Part shown: positions 11,929 through 24,542 of the stretch, piece by piece
How positions within the stretch are numbered: position 1 is the stretch's first letter
Layout of the letters: every line of letters begins with the position of its first letter
Position numbers and translations under genes: made by a program
NCBI GenBank assembly: GCA_963575745.1
Contig: CAUYUJ010000299.1
Location: 62,001 to 115,689, forward strand
Source of the DNA: Prorocentrum cordatum
Taxonomy: Eukaryota
Length of the DNA: 53,689 nt
Reading direction: 5' to 3'
The notes under the pieces: generated by a model
Told to the model about the DNA's origin: nothing
The model's input: only the letters and a program-made list of their open reading frames with translations
Databases searched by the model: none

Positions 11929-13720
11929 TCATCGGCTCCTCTGGCCGCGAGTCCTCCTGCGCCTCCTCCGCCGCCTGCCTTCTCCGCCTGGGCTCTTGGC
12001 CACGACCCGCGCTCCTTGGCGCAGTCCTTGCTCGCTCGTCGGAGCGCCCCTGGATGAGTCGGTCCTCGGCGTACCTCCTTTCACCAGCGATAGTGATCCG
12101 TTGTGCCACCTGACTGTGATGCCATCCTCCGTGATGGCACTGATGTTGCCCGTCTTGCCTTTGAAGGCGACGTCGTCGCCGACGCAGACGTGGCGCTCGA
12201 ATCTGTGCACGAGGCCGCCCTCGTGGGAACAGATGCACGGCCGCGTCGAGCAGAGACGGGAAGCAAGGTGGACGTGGGCGACGGGGGGAGGAGGATGATG
12301 AGGAGGAGGAGGAGGACGGAAGAGGATGAATGGGGATGATGGGGGGAGGTGGAGGGGGAGGGGGAGGCGGAGGAGGAGGAGGAGGAGGAAGAAGAGGAGC
12401 AGGATGATGAGATGGAAGGGGGGAGTGGATGAGGAGACGGAGGAGGATGACGGGGAGGACGAGGAGGGTCAGGATGAGGATGCGGTTGGTACCGATCATC
12501 GATTGTCACCGCTAACGGTGAACATCGATGAGTGTCGGTGACCACCGCCGTTGTGCGATGGACGGGGATGCAGCGCGAGCGAGGGTCCTGCGCATCCGCT
12601 GTCCTCCTCGGCAGCTTCCAGCAGTCTGGCGGCACCTTCCCGCGCCTCCGCACCCACTCGCCGCCCGTGTTCCTCTCCAGGAGCAGCTCGGCGGCCTGCT
12701 CAGCCTAAGAGGAGAGAGGCGAGAGGAGGGCAACACATAAGGAACACGCGAGGAGGGATTGATGACTCCAACCGTGTAGTCGGGGTAGGTGTAGTCGGAG
12801 CTGTGGCTGGAGCCCTCCACCTCGCTCAGCGCAGTGCCTCCTCCATGGGCGCCCTCGCTGTACTGGCTGCTGCGCGCCGCCTCCGCCGTCTGCATGGGCG
12901 TGCTCCTTGGCGCACGGCTCCGACCACGCTGTCCAGCATCGTCCGACACAGGCACCACCGTGCGTACCGAACGCCTGGAGCTGCTAGCAGGTATCTCTGT
13001 CGGACTTGGCAGCTCAGTCGGAGTGGGTATCTGAGTCGGACTGGACGGCGGCAGCCTCGACGCGGGCTCGGCGCGGCACCCCTCCGATTTCACCTCTGTC
13101 GACAACAGGGGGCGCATAGAGGAGGAGAAGGAAGCGGGTGAGGATGCGGATGATAAGGATGAATTTGAGGAGGCCGATTACACCGACGAGAATGAGGGAT
13201 AACGAAGATTATCAGGACTAATCGGAACATTACTAGCATATGACAATGCGAGGAGGAAGAGGACGAGACGGATTAGAATGACGGGGATGACCTCAACGTC
13301 GTCGTCGACGGTCGCCGCCAATGCCATCTGCACGTCCAACAAGTATTGCCGATCGAGCATCTCATCGGTCTCGGCCACTAGATCCTCAGTTGCCGTGTCC
13401 ACAGCGACTAGTTGTCTCCTCTGCCTATCTTTCTGCATGCCGATCAGCTCGCCGCTCAGAAGACGTTCTCGTAGTACTGCTTCGCGATGCTGATTGGCCG
13501 CGGTCGCCATCGCCTTGGCAGATCGCCGCGTGTCCTCCTCAGCCTTTGCCATGTAGATACGCTCCATGCGCTCTGCCCGCCTGGTGTCGCGCTCCTCCTG
13601 CTCCCGCTCCCTCTTCCGTGCCCGCAGCAGCTGCATTGCAGCCTCGAGGCGATCTGCGTCGACGGCGCTGGCGTCGCCGTCCACGTCCACGATGTCTGAT
13701 CGCCATGTCGCCCGCGCCAT
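11929..13720 (-). CDS. Transposon cargo gene D (~385 aa): coiled coil, low-complexity linker, C-terminal SH3/KOW-like beta barrel. Exons 13720-13292, 13093-12773, 12704-12588, 12219-11929
   Basis: All four exons join in frame at G|GT or G|GA donors and AG|G acceptors (DDVE|VKSE, PDYT|AEQA, ADAQ|GGLV). VGDDVAFKGKTGNISAITEDGITVRWHNGS resembles an SH3-like fold. The true start and end are uncertain. Confidence 0.6.
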
Positions 13721-15067
13721 CCTCCGCGGCGTCGTGCTCCTCCTCATCCTCCTCCTCCGATCAGCGCTCTCACCATCGTCACGTTCTCGGCGGCGGCCTC
13801 GACTCTCGCTCCGCCGCCTAGCCCTCCTGCCTGTGGATGAACGGGGCTGGGTGGGTATATAACGGGGGTGGGGAAGAGTGGTATTGGGATGGTGAGTGAG
13901 AGGATGCCCACCTTCTGGCCGAGAGCCAACCACGCTGGCGCTGACCAGGATGAGCCCCCGCCCGCTGTGGCCAGATGGCATTCGCAGCGGTGCCCCCCGT
14001 CTCCACGCGTGGCGGGGGGATGCGCCCGAGGCGCTCGAAGCCCAAGTGGCTGTGGGGGCAGCGGGTGGGATCCCACGACCGTCCCTTTCGACGTGATCGA
14101 CAGCCCCCTCCTCCTCCCTCCTCGTCGTCGGTGTCCTCATCGGCATCCGTGCCATCATCCCCCCTCGTGCTCATCTTCCCACATGCCTCCTTCATTCCCC
14201 GTCATCTGCACCCCCACCTCCTCCAGGCCGTCACGTGCTGGACATATGTCGGTTGCGACCCCACGCGCACGCCCCCCCGTTGCAACCGAGCCAGACCCAG
14301 GGAGTCTGCGGAAACACGGCTGGCCTGTGACGGGCTACGATGGCGATGAGGTTGTTGATGGTGGTAGTGATGATGGTGGTGTTGGTGGCGCGCATGTTGA
14401 TGATGTTGTTGATGATGATGGCGATGGCAACGATAATACATATGCTAATGTTGAGTGTGATGGGTACGATGCTGGTGTTGGTGATGCCAATGACGATCGT
14501 GATGATGGCTGCGTTGCTGATGAAGCTGCTGAATGTACACATGAGGATGTTGATGTTGATGATGATGGTGATGATAATGATGATGGCGGTGAGTGTGATA
14601 CCGATGGTAGTGGCCATGATGATGACGATGCGGGGATGATGGGTTGATCAGGAGCCCGATGATGTCTGGCCAATAGAAATAATTCCACCCCCAGGGTCGC
14701 GCGACGGTTACTGCTGCACGGGAGGAGCAGCATATAAAAGATAGTGGTGACAGGGAAGAGCAGGAGCCCCATCACTAGGGTTAGGCCTGATTGGGGCGAT
14801 GGTGGCTGGAGGGTGGACAGGGGGGTGACATGCGTCCTATGTGCGCCAGACTTGTCGGTGTGCTCTAGCATCTACGTCAACATGTGCATGCGAGCGAACG
14901 CTGTCGGTGATGTTGGCCGACCTGTCATCTGCGATTGTGTAGTTCACGTGTGATATATAGTGTCCGTATACTAGTGATGCGACGCGGGTCATTGGTGCGT
15001 CTGTGTCTAACAACCCATATCCATGCAGCCCCCGACAACGTTCGCCCGCCCGAGACACCCCCAAACC

Positions 15068-16429
15068 TCAGCGCGCGCTCATGGAGCGCCCGCTGTCAGA
15101 CAACAGAACGCGAACCACGATGTGCGCCAACATGGCGCAGACGTCGCTCGGGTAGTGCGCAGACGAACTCATGGCAGACCTGCGGCCGTTGTACCACCCC
15201 TTCTTGCTCCACCCAGTCGCACCAGTACTCTTGAACCTACGGCCCACTGGAGCTAGTGGGCGAGCGCGGTCACCCAATCTCGATTGCGCATCCTTCTTAG
15301 ATTTGACAAGCTGGCGTAGAGCTGCATCGTCACCCGTAGCCCACAGTACTGTTGGTTTCAGAGTAGGTGCTCCCCAGCCTCCCATCCAGAAGAAGTATCG
15401 TTTAGCCTGGATTCGGATCATTGCCTTGGCAACGGCTGCGTCGTGAAAGTACATGGAGCCGAGCGGCTGCTCGATCGCGACGTAGACGCCCCTACTCGTC
15501 GCCAGGAAGACGATGTACGACATGCAGGTGATGACACCACAACGCGCGACCGCCACAGTCCCTAGACTCGGAACTGCACGAGCTCATCGACGTTCACCGT
15601 GTTCGGTGATCATCGGTGAGCTTCGGTGAGCCCTGTCCCCCGTCCCCCTTCTGTACGTGTAGATTAAAACCAGACCCCACACTGTGCACATTTATTTACC
15701 ACATACATTGCTATCTACATAGTGTGCGTGCCCCCCGAGACGTGTTCAAGTCCGCCCGCAGACGTGATGTACGCCGTATAGTTAGCTTGGCGCACGTCAC
15801 GTCTCGAAGTGTCCCCCTCAGTGTTCTTGCGCGTACGTTTGGTGTGTCCAGCTGCTGCCCCTATCCACGTGCTGCACTGCGGCGCCATGTGGCAGACGCC
15901 GTTAGGTACCACAGTGCGCACAATGTACAAGCAGTAGAGGAGACCCACCTGTGGCCATATGCAACCATCTCCCACCATATACCATGAGGATGAAAGGGGT
16001 AGTTAACACGGGTGGGGGTGAGCTTGTTGCCACGGGCGATGGCGAGATGGGAGATGCACATGTTGACGAGGATGGCGGGGAATATGGATGACGATACACG
16101 GGTGAGTAATATGATGGTGTGATGGATGGTGTGATGATTGTCTACCCTTCGTTTACTATCCCAGGTGCAACCAACGTGTAGATATCCTGATGTGGCCCGT
16201 CGCACTTGTCGTACGTCAGCGCCCTGTACCTCAGTATCGAAACACAACGGGACGCTTCGCCTCGCCCTGAGAATACTTCCAGAAAGGCGGTGGTGCGTGG
16301 GATCGATGGCGCGTGGTCAAGTAGAAGGCGAACTGATGCCAGCAGCATTCGCCCACCATGCTCCAGAGTTGTGTCCTCTACCACCCCTTCAGTCCGAAGG
16401 CGAGCAGCTCCATCGACAGCCCGCGCCAT
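15068..16429 (-). CDS. C5 cytosine DNA methyltransferase-like protein (~298 aa). Exons 16429-16172, 15948-15764, 15521-15068
   Basis: Motif I FLEVFSGRG, YD/QDI (motifs II-III), catalytic motif IV APQCSTW, motif VI-like IEQP, GAPTLKPT and terminal SAHYP, in canonical order. Exons join in frame, but the last acceptor reads CAT instead of CAG. Confidence 0.85.
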
Positions 16430-16494
16430 ACCTGCACCGTGATGCGGAAGGCCAGCGCGCCCCAGACCGCAACGCTGCAGGAACACAGTGATGC

Positions 16495-19400
16495 TCAGAT
16501 AGGGCCAGATATAAGCACGAGACATTCCTGGCCCACGAAGTGTTCGCAGATCTGTAACTGAGCTTGCAAGTGAAACAACGAAAACACCCTGGTCTCGAAC
16601 CGCATTCTGTGTGCATACACTGCCACGTCTCTCAGCAGTGAATTTAGTGACTCGTCCAGGAAACACGTATACATCTTCGGCGACCCATGGTCGCTGATCC
16701 TGGAGCAGTGTTTGCACGCCGAGGTGAACTCGGAAACCTTCACGCCCAGACTAGCCCACGTCCAAACCTGACCCCACCCCCCTGGCAGACACGGCTGGTG
16801 CATCGTCCAGGCATTTCCGATGTCGTTGTTTTGCTTGGGGGAGACCGAGCTGCAGGACAGCGACCTGCTTGGGGCGACCGCGTCTAGCGGAACATTGCGC
16901 GTGCGATGCATGTCGCCGATGCGCCTGCTATTCGCAACACCCAGTAGTGGTCCAATACTCGGTCATCGTCAATCCTCCTCGTGGTAGCCTTCTACGTTGC
17001 TGTGCACCTACATCGTCCCGCCCAATCCCCGCCCCGCGCCCAACGCCCACGCGCCCTGTCCGACTTCCCCTCCCCCCGCCCAGCCGCGCCCGCAGCCATG
17101 GGCACAGCGCGCATGTTGGGGGGGGGGAGGAGTGTGGGCGTTAGGCGGGACATGGATGGGGCGACGCAGTGAGCGAATGCGCCCAGCATGATCGACAGAG
17201 GACCTAGGCGAGGCGAGGAGAGGAGGGATGTGGGAGGGAAGGAGGGGAGGTATGAGGCTGGGGAGGGAGGGAGGGAGGTAGGGAGGGCGGGTTTGATTTG
17301 AACTATCCGCTAACAAAAAAAACGCACGCCTGTAGATCAGGTGGCACACCAGGTGGTGCCTAGGCGTGTACGCGATGTGAGCCAGGCGGCAGCTCTTTAG
17401 GTGCACCCACATTGCCATCAGCATCTTGCGCATACTCTCAGGCGGCACGACGCACGTATGGGTGCGCATCTCTTCCAGAAATGTCCCCAACGACAGCCCA
17501 GCATCAATCAGGGCGTCGCCATACGCAGTCCGACCACCGTGTTTACTAAGCAGCTCGTTGGCAAATGGCACCAGGTATCCTATCTCGGCGGCCTTGAATG
17601 ACACAGAGCACCCAGGATGCATCCAGTCCTGCGGTCGGGGGGGAACTCGCTCGAACACTTGCAGACGTTGCGTCCCACTCGTGCCTGTCGACCCCCATGG
17701 CTCTTTATATCCCGTGTCCCACCGTGTGCATATGCAAACGCGTGCGCATCCATATACATGTATGTATATATCTATAGACATATAGCAGGCGCGCCCACGT
17801 CGTAGTTTCAGACTCGACCGCCGGCCTGCGTAGTTTTACACAGAACATGTAGGTGCATGTGTGCTACGTAAACCTGCATGCATAGTATGTGTAGCGGCGG
17901 GCTTGACTTGCTATGTGCACGCACGTGTCCACCGTGTGCGTGTGTCTGTGCGCATATACTAATACCATGGGTGGGTTATCTATCTCTCTCTCTCTATCGC
18001 GCTCTCTCTCTCTCTCTCGCGTGTGTATCTACCAATTCCACTCCGACATATGCACCCCCGCACCGCCATAACCACCCTACTAAAACCATGTGGCGCCTAC
18101 CCCCCGACATGCGCTGCAGTCGCGCGCGCACGCGTTGGGCAGCACCCGCACGCACGCCACATTGGAAACCAGAGCGGGGTCCTGCAGCGACCGACCCTTG
18201 CGGTCCCCAAGCATCTTGAGCGTGAACGTGCCGACCCTGATGGAATGTGGTATGCAGTGTTGTTCTTGCCACAACTGAAGATCAGCGTTTATGCGGCGGG
18301 AACCAAGCTCGAGAACGTTGTCCAGCGGGCCGCCGTACTTGAACGGATTTCGCAACACAATTCTCCACAATGCAGCGCTCACAAACCGTTGTAGTGGTCC
18401 GTAGTATAGGCAGTGCAGCGAATCTATGGCGAGAGACCGAACTGGACTGGTTCCCAAATGCCTACATAATAAAGGGCACCTGTGGCTCATCGGGTCCAAA
18501 ACTTTGCCACCGACGCCAACTGTTTCCCTCCAGAACGTGATCGTCAGTGGAAGCCGCACACGTTCCAACCAATGTGTGTCCATCAGAGACACAGATGGCT
18601 CTAACCTGTCTCCTGCTTTGAGGGCGATGCCGTTCACGATAAGGTCAGTGTCCAGAACTCGCCCGCCATGTGACTTCTTGGTTTTCCTAAACTTCAGCTT
18701 CGCCAGCAAATCCCTCCGATCTCTGTCGTGGCGCAATCGCACGTGCACCTCGCACGTCTCGCACGCTGTAAAGAACTCGTCATGTGTGCGAAGTGGCCAA
18801 GGCATCCCGTCGACTAGGTCATCGTAGGAGCCGTGCACCTCGTCCAAGCACATGTGGCAAAAGGAGCAGGGATTGTACAACGACGCCCAGCTCGACATGC
18901 CCAGTGTTTTCGAATGCTCGGACCAATCGCCTTTGATCCACACCAAGACCCCCTTGAACGAGAGTTCCATATGCGAGCCCAGTGGGTCGTTCGGTGGCCA
19001 GTCTGATCCGTCGTGCCGCCGCGGCGGTCTGCGTCCTCTTGTAATCGCTTCCATCTGCCACCTCGCCACCTCCAAGTGCGGGAATATGGTGCACCATCCT
19101 TTGCACCCGCACGCGCACATGTCCGATGAGCGGGTCACCGACATCAGGTGTCTCTTTCCCGACAATAAGTTGATCGCCCATATGCCAAGGGTGCTGTCGG
19201 TGCGGCCAGAAGCCGCGGAAATGTAGCGCACCCCGTCTAGATATATGGCGAGTGGAACGGGGAGGTCGTGCCCGTTGGCCACAGCGTCCACCACCACAGG
19301 ATGAGTGGTGTAGCAGGGGAGATCCAGCACGCACGGCTCGCGGACGTCAGGGTCGGAGTTTATCAAATCGAACGTAGCAGGCTCGGTCCGAATCTCGGTG

Positions 19401-19778
19401 TCGAGCGATTCGTACACACACTTCACAGGTACGGCTCTGATCGTGCGTGCAGGCCGCCTGTTCAGATTTACAGGCGTAGGGACACAGATGAGATCCGACG
19501 GTGATGGCAATACCCTGGACAGTAAATCTTGGTATTTGCCACTCTGTTTGCCTGGCGCCATGGCGTACTGTGCAAAGTTTGCGCCTGGCGTGTTCGCCTT
19601 GTCTGCATAATAACAGCTGGCGTAAATCTGTTGCTGTAAGTTTACATGGCGCGTATAAGCGCAGCACCATCCGTAGCAGCTCCGACCCTGCATCGCGTTC
19701 GCATTGGTCACTCTGTGCGTATAGTCTGGGCTTCCTGCATGCCGCGTCGGTGCTTCGGCAATGGGCGCGCTTGCCCAT
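16495..19778 (-). CDS. CMC (CACTA/EnSpm, Mirage, Chapaev)-like DDE transposase (~700 aa) with one frameshift near 19614. Exons 19778-18182, 17628-17330, 16699-16495
   Basis: LAIYLDG (D1), WIKGDW (D2), CSFC, IDSLHCLYYG, PRHHLVCH and GSPKMYTCFLDESLN (E). In-frame splices SLQ|DWM (GA-AG) and IYR|ISD (GC-AG). Restoring 2 nt (ctgTGttat) joins the MGKR...DLRQL N-terminus. Confidence 0.88.
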
Positions 19779-20546
19779 GGTTGCAAACTGCTTTGGGCCG
19801 TGGTATCATTTACAGTGTGGGTGCAGCATTGCTGCGGCGCACAGAAAACATCGGGGGGAGGGGCGGTGGTGGGAAGGAGAAAGGTATGAGGGCGGACGAG
19901 GGAGGGCGGAAGGACAGGGGGGAGCGAGAGTGGGGGAGCAGCGGCATCACACATGAAGGCATCCACATCGGATACCACATTCTTTAGAGCGTCTCGACAC
20001 ACACGATCGAAGTATCAGAACGTGCACAGCGCGCAACCGACGTGCACCACGCGGGTGGGGCACGTTGCACATGATTGGTGTGATACAGCACGTGCATGCG
20101 CATTCGCAACGCAATGCGTTCCCGTCGGCAGCACGGGCGGGCGGTTGCCCCTCGCCTCGCCCCTTTACCTGATCGGTGGGCCTTCGACCGAAGGTACTCA
20201 TTTGCAGCGGGGCACGTCTGTGTAGGAAACTCGGTGGCCACAGACTGCACATCTATATCCCTCCATCTCCCCATATCTCTGCATGCCGTTATACATCCAT
20301 CCCCCCATCATCGGCATCACCATGCTCCTCATGATTATCCTCGCCTCCACAAATTACTCGCCCTCATCCGTCTCGTTCGTTCTGATGCGGTCATCTTCGC
20401 TACCTTCGTTATCTTCGCACTCTTGCGCCGCCCAGTGACGCCGCTCGCGCCCCGCAACTCACCTGCAGATACGCAACGCACGCTTTCGAGAACCCTAGAA
20501 ACCTACACAGACAGCCATCTGAGGCTCGCCGAGAGACACCCCATGG

Positions 20547-20810
20547 CGCTCATCGGTGCTCATCGGTGAGGGGCTCATCGGTGCGGTGAGCTCATCGGCT
20601 CCGACCCTGTGATTTCACAGGTATGACGCTCATCGGTATCGATGAGCTCATCGGGGCTCATCGAAATCTCATCGGTGCCGGTGAGCACCGGTGAGCGCCG
20701 GTGAGCCCCCGATGAGCGCCGGTGAGCACCGATGAGCACCGGTGAGCGCCGATGAGCACCGGTGAGCGCCGATGAGCGCCCGATGAGCACCCGTGAGTCT
20801 CGATGAGCCC
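20547..20810. repeat. Array of 10-bp CCGRTGAGCR units in two opposing orientations
   Basis: CTCATCGGTG copies on the left and CACCGATGAG/CACCGGTGAG copies on the right, located between gene B and the transposase. Confidence 0.88.
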
Positions 20811-20963
20811 TACAAACCAGATATCCCATTGAGATTTCGGGCAACCCATCAAATTTTTCAAACAAACTGCGAAAATCCAATCGACCACCAAGATTTCCCC
20901 GCTGGATGGCACATTCGGTCCGAACCACTGAAAGTGTCAAGGCTGATGCAGCCTCGCGAGCAC

Positions 20964-23360
20964 CTACGCTGCCCTCCCCGACCTCTGGCTCTTCTGAGCC
21001 TTGGCGTCCAGCTTGCACTTGTGTACCTGCAGCAGGCACGTCACCAGGCCCGCGATCTTGTGGAGCTTGGGCTCGAGGTTGATGGCGTCCTGCAAGGCCG
21101 CCGAGAAGGGTCCATCCCCGAGCTCCTTCCTGAGCTTCCCAAGGTCGTTCGTCAGGATGCGCGACAAGTTCTCCTTGGTGTGCACGTGCTCCTGCAGCAG
21201 CCTGTGCTGCTTCTTGAGGGCCACGCCGTCATCGTCCTTCAGTGCCCACTGCCACGATTTGTCCGACTCCATGCCAGAGAGGATCGTCATCACATCCGAC
21301 ATCGTCGTCGAGTACATGCTGATGCGCTTCTTTGCATCTGCTGCCAGTTCCTTGATGGGGTCCTTCTCCCTCGGCGTCTTCGCCTTCTTGGGTTTCTCCT
21401 TGCCGCCTGCCGCCTCCTCACCTGCAGGCTGCGCCGCCGCCGCCTCGGCCCCAGCCTTGCCCGCCGCCGCGGGCGCAGCCTTCCTCGCCGCCTCCTCGGC
21501 CGCAGCTGTCGTCGCTGCCACGGCCGCGCCCTCCTGCTGCGCTGCCTCGCCAGCGGTCGCCGTGAGCGAACTCGGCCTCGTACCCGCCGTCACTGGGTCC
21601 TGGCTGGGATGACATACGGGGGCCGCCTGGCCCGACCCTAACCCCCCGCCAATCGTCTCAGATCAGGCTCAGGCAGGGGGGCGGGGAACGACGTTGCATG
21701 AGGCAGAGGATACGGCGACGCCAGAGGAGGACAGAGATGGGGATGATGAGGATTCATAATTCGGAGCAGGCATGAACGATTTAGGAGGGGTGTCCACGTG
21801 TCCTGCCCGCCAGCCGCGATCGCGGCCGTCGGCGCGCCTCCCGCGCAGCCAGTCGATGCCTGGAATTGCATGACTGTATAACGGGGGGGGGATCCACAAT
21901 GAATCTCCAAGGGCTCTTCCGACCGATTTACGATCCTGGGCGAAGTCGTGAGACGCATGCGGGGTCGGGGCACGCGGTGGGCGACGATGGGGAATTGACG
22001 AGGGGGGTGGGGGAGGGGATGGCAAGGTGAGAGGGGGTAGTATGAGTTGGAGTTGAAAGATGAGTTGGAGGAGGTGGAGGGTTAAGAGGAGGTTGATGAG
22101 ACGAGTTGGTCTATGTTCACACCCCTCAACGCCTGTTGACCCTCCAGGCGGCGATCCCGCATGACGTCGCTCTCGATGCTGTCCGACGTCCACTGCTCGT
22201 ACTTAGACCACGCCTCAGTGAACTCAGTGTTCACCCCCTCCGTCACGTACAGTGCCCGTAACGACCTGGTGGCGCTGTCGAACACCACCCATGGTGGACC
22301 TAACTGCATCGCCTGTGTAATGTACCTCACTGCCTGTGGGGCATCCGTACAGCTGGAAGTGGTGGCATGTAGTTGCCGATGTAACTTTGCACGTGGATAT
22401 GTAACGTTGTACATGGTTATGGATGTGGTTGCATATTGCTGCGCACTAGTGGTAGAACAGGTCTCGGTGTTGGTTGTGGTTGCGAGGAAGCGAAGTGAGA
22501 GGTGGTTCTTGACGTAGGCTGAGGTGGTTATCGATGCTCGCCGCCAGCGGCAAGCGGGGATGGTTGCATGGGCGGGAGGAGGGTGGCCGAAAACACTTGC
22601 ATTATAACTACAGTTGTACGGATTCGACCCACTGTGCCTGCATCCAGCCCAACTTGCCCCCGCCCTCTTTGTGGACGATGCGGCCTAACGGCATGTACTG
22701 CCCCTTGCGCCATTGCGACTTGACCAGGGTAGTGATCTTCTTCTTCACGACGACGTAGTTCTCGAACGTCTCCTTGGCCCAGTCCTGCCTGAACTGCATC
22801 TGCGCATCCTGGTTGCCCTTCAGGGCATCATAGTCCTTCTTCATCTGCGGGTTGGCCGCCTTGCGCCGCTCGAACCTCGAGGCGAGGGGGTTCCCAGCAG
22901 CAGCCCTCGCTGGAAATCGAAAGTTGGTCGACTCCGCCGCGCGCCACATAGCAAGCTCACCGAGTGCCTTCGCGTCGAAGCCTGTCGTGTCGATCGAGTC
23001 GAGCCGCGATGACTCTGCAACGGGCTCCACTCTGCCGTACCCCACCTGGTCGGTCGCCCTCGGCATCTTCACGCACTGCTCCGCATCAGCAAGCCCCGCA
23101 GCCATCGGAGTCAACTCGTCCCGACACACGCCCCTGGCGTCGAAGATCGCGCGCATGTCCGATGAGTGGAAGAACTCGAGCAACATGTTGTTGATCCCGA
23201 TCTCGTCCACAGTCGCCGCCAGTCGTAGCCCGTCCTCGAACCTCAAGAGCTGCGCCTCGATCGAGTGCTTGTGGCGCAGGACTCTCTTGGGCGGCGTCTC
23301 GAACGGCGTCTGTGGCCGCAGTGACATCCAATATTCCGAATCACCATCGATCATTGTCAT
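20964..23360 (-). CDS. Transposon cargo gene B (~519 aa), unknown function. Exons 23360-22638, 22333-~22133, 21599-20964
   Basis: Complex, protein-like ORF segments (FRQDWAKE...HKEGGG; WVVFD...LYV; helical Lys-rich C-terminus) join in frame at CAG|GC donors and CAG|G acceptors. Confidence 0.75.
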
Positions 23361-23429
23361 TCACCTCCTTGACCTCTCCTCGCCAGCATGACAGCCACCG
23401 ATGTTCACCGCCAGCGGTGGTCACCGATG

Positions 23430-24542
23430 CTAGCCAGTTGGGCGGGAAGAGGGCGGCGAATGCACACTGGAGTATCGACAGTGCTCAGGAGGATTGGAAG
23501 TGCGATGGCTGTGGAGATGGGAGGGAGGAACGACTCGGGCGAGCACCTCCACACGTGCGGGGAGTGCGCCACTATCTCCGCCACATGCCAGGGGTGCACT
23601 CCCAGTCGCCACTCCTGCAGCCGCCTCCGCGCCATCCTCACCAGACACACCTCCAGCCTCGTGGCCGCGCGGTGCCGCCTCGCCGCCTGCAGGCGCGGAC
23701 ATGCTGCCCCCGTCCGCGATGTCATCTTTGAAGCAGCGACGAAAGAGCTCGGGGTGGTCCGATGGGTTCGGCTGACGATCAGGATATTGACTGCCACCTG
23801 CGCCGCTGAGTCGGGTGTCCCAGCTGTGGCTCGCCTCTGGGTGCGGGGGGGTGCACGGAGCGCCCCTCGTCTCAGCCCGCGACTTCGTCAGGGTGCGCTC
23901 CATGTCCTCCTCCTCCTGCCTCGCCTGCTCCTCATCCTCAGCCGCGGCCGCCTGTGACGCAACCAGCGCTGCCTTCATGTCGGGGTCGTCGGATGCACCG
24001 CCTGCCTCCTCGGGGCTGTCGTCGATGATGATGGGCGTGGGGTTGTCAGTGGCCGCATCGTTGCCCTCCTCGATGCCGTCGGCCCGCTGCTTCTTCGATG
24101 CCGATGCCGATTCAGCTGGTGCGTCACGCTTCTTGGACAGCTCGCTCACCTGCATCATGAGATCGTTCATCTGCTGCGACTGCGTCTGGATCAGTTTCTG
24201 CATGGACTCGTTCAGCTGCCGCGCCTCCTCCAGCTGCCTGGGTTGACTGTCTGCGCGATCCTCTGCATCGCGCACTGCCCTCCACCTCGCATCCGCCTCC
24301 GCCCGCACGGCGCGGGCGCTCTCCTCACCCCCGCGATCAGCTGGCAATGGGACGGCATCGACATCGGACGTGTGCCTCAACTGCGCCAACGGAGCGGCGT
24401 CGTCGCCATCGAGCTGCGTGGCCGCGTTCACGGCCAGCGTCGGCGCCTGCTGCGCGGCGGCGAGCGCGGCAGTGCCATCGGCCACCTGGGTGGATGGTGC
24501 GGGCTCGGAGTCCTCCCTGGGATCACAGGCCGCCCCCGACAT
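23430..24542 (-). CDS. Transposon cargo gene C (~370 aa): acidic, disordered protein with a coiled coil and two UIM-like helices
   Basis: Single ORF; LNESMQKLIQTQSQQMNDLMMQVSEL coil; DDPDMKAALVASQ and EEDMERTLTKSRAE resemble ubiquitin-interacting motifs. Confidence 0.6.
   Translation of the reverse strand: MSGAACDPREDSEPAPSTQVADGTAALAAAQQAPTLAVNAATQLDGDDAAPLAQLRHTSDVDAVPLPADRGGEESARAVRAEADARWRAVRDAEDRADSQPRQLEEARQLNESMQKLIQTQSQQMNDLMMQVSELSKKRDAPAESASASKKQRADGIEEGNDAATDNPTPIIIDDSPEEAGGASDDPDMKAALVASQAAAAEDEEQARQEEEDMERTLTKSRAETRGAPCTPPHPEASHSWDTRLSGAGGSQYPDRQPNPSDHPELFRRCFKDDIADGGSMSAPAGGEAAPRGHEAGGVSGEDGAEAAAGVATGSAPLACGGDSGALPARVEVLARVVPPSHLHSHRTSNPPEHCRYSSVHSPPSSRPTG

Noticed and set aside
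10868..12499. 543-aa ORF
   Set aside because: Dominated by poly-P/S/T microsatellites; the credible coding exon here is in another frame (12219-11929).
13730..15064. Additional cargo gene between the MTase and gene D
   Set aside because: An ATG at about 14992 and several possible exons exist, but no consistent in-frame model could be built; left unresolved.
19779..20002. N-terminal extension of the 640-aa transposase ORF
   Set aside because: Low-complexity and C-rich; a more protein-like N-terminus starts at 19778 in another frame.
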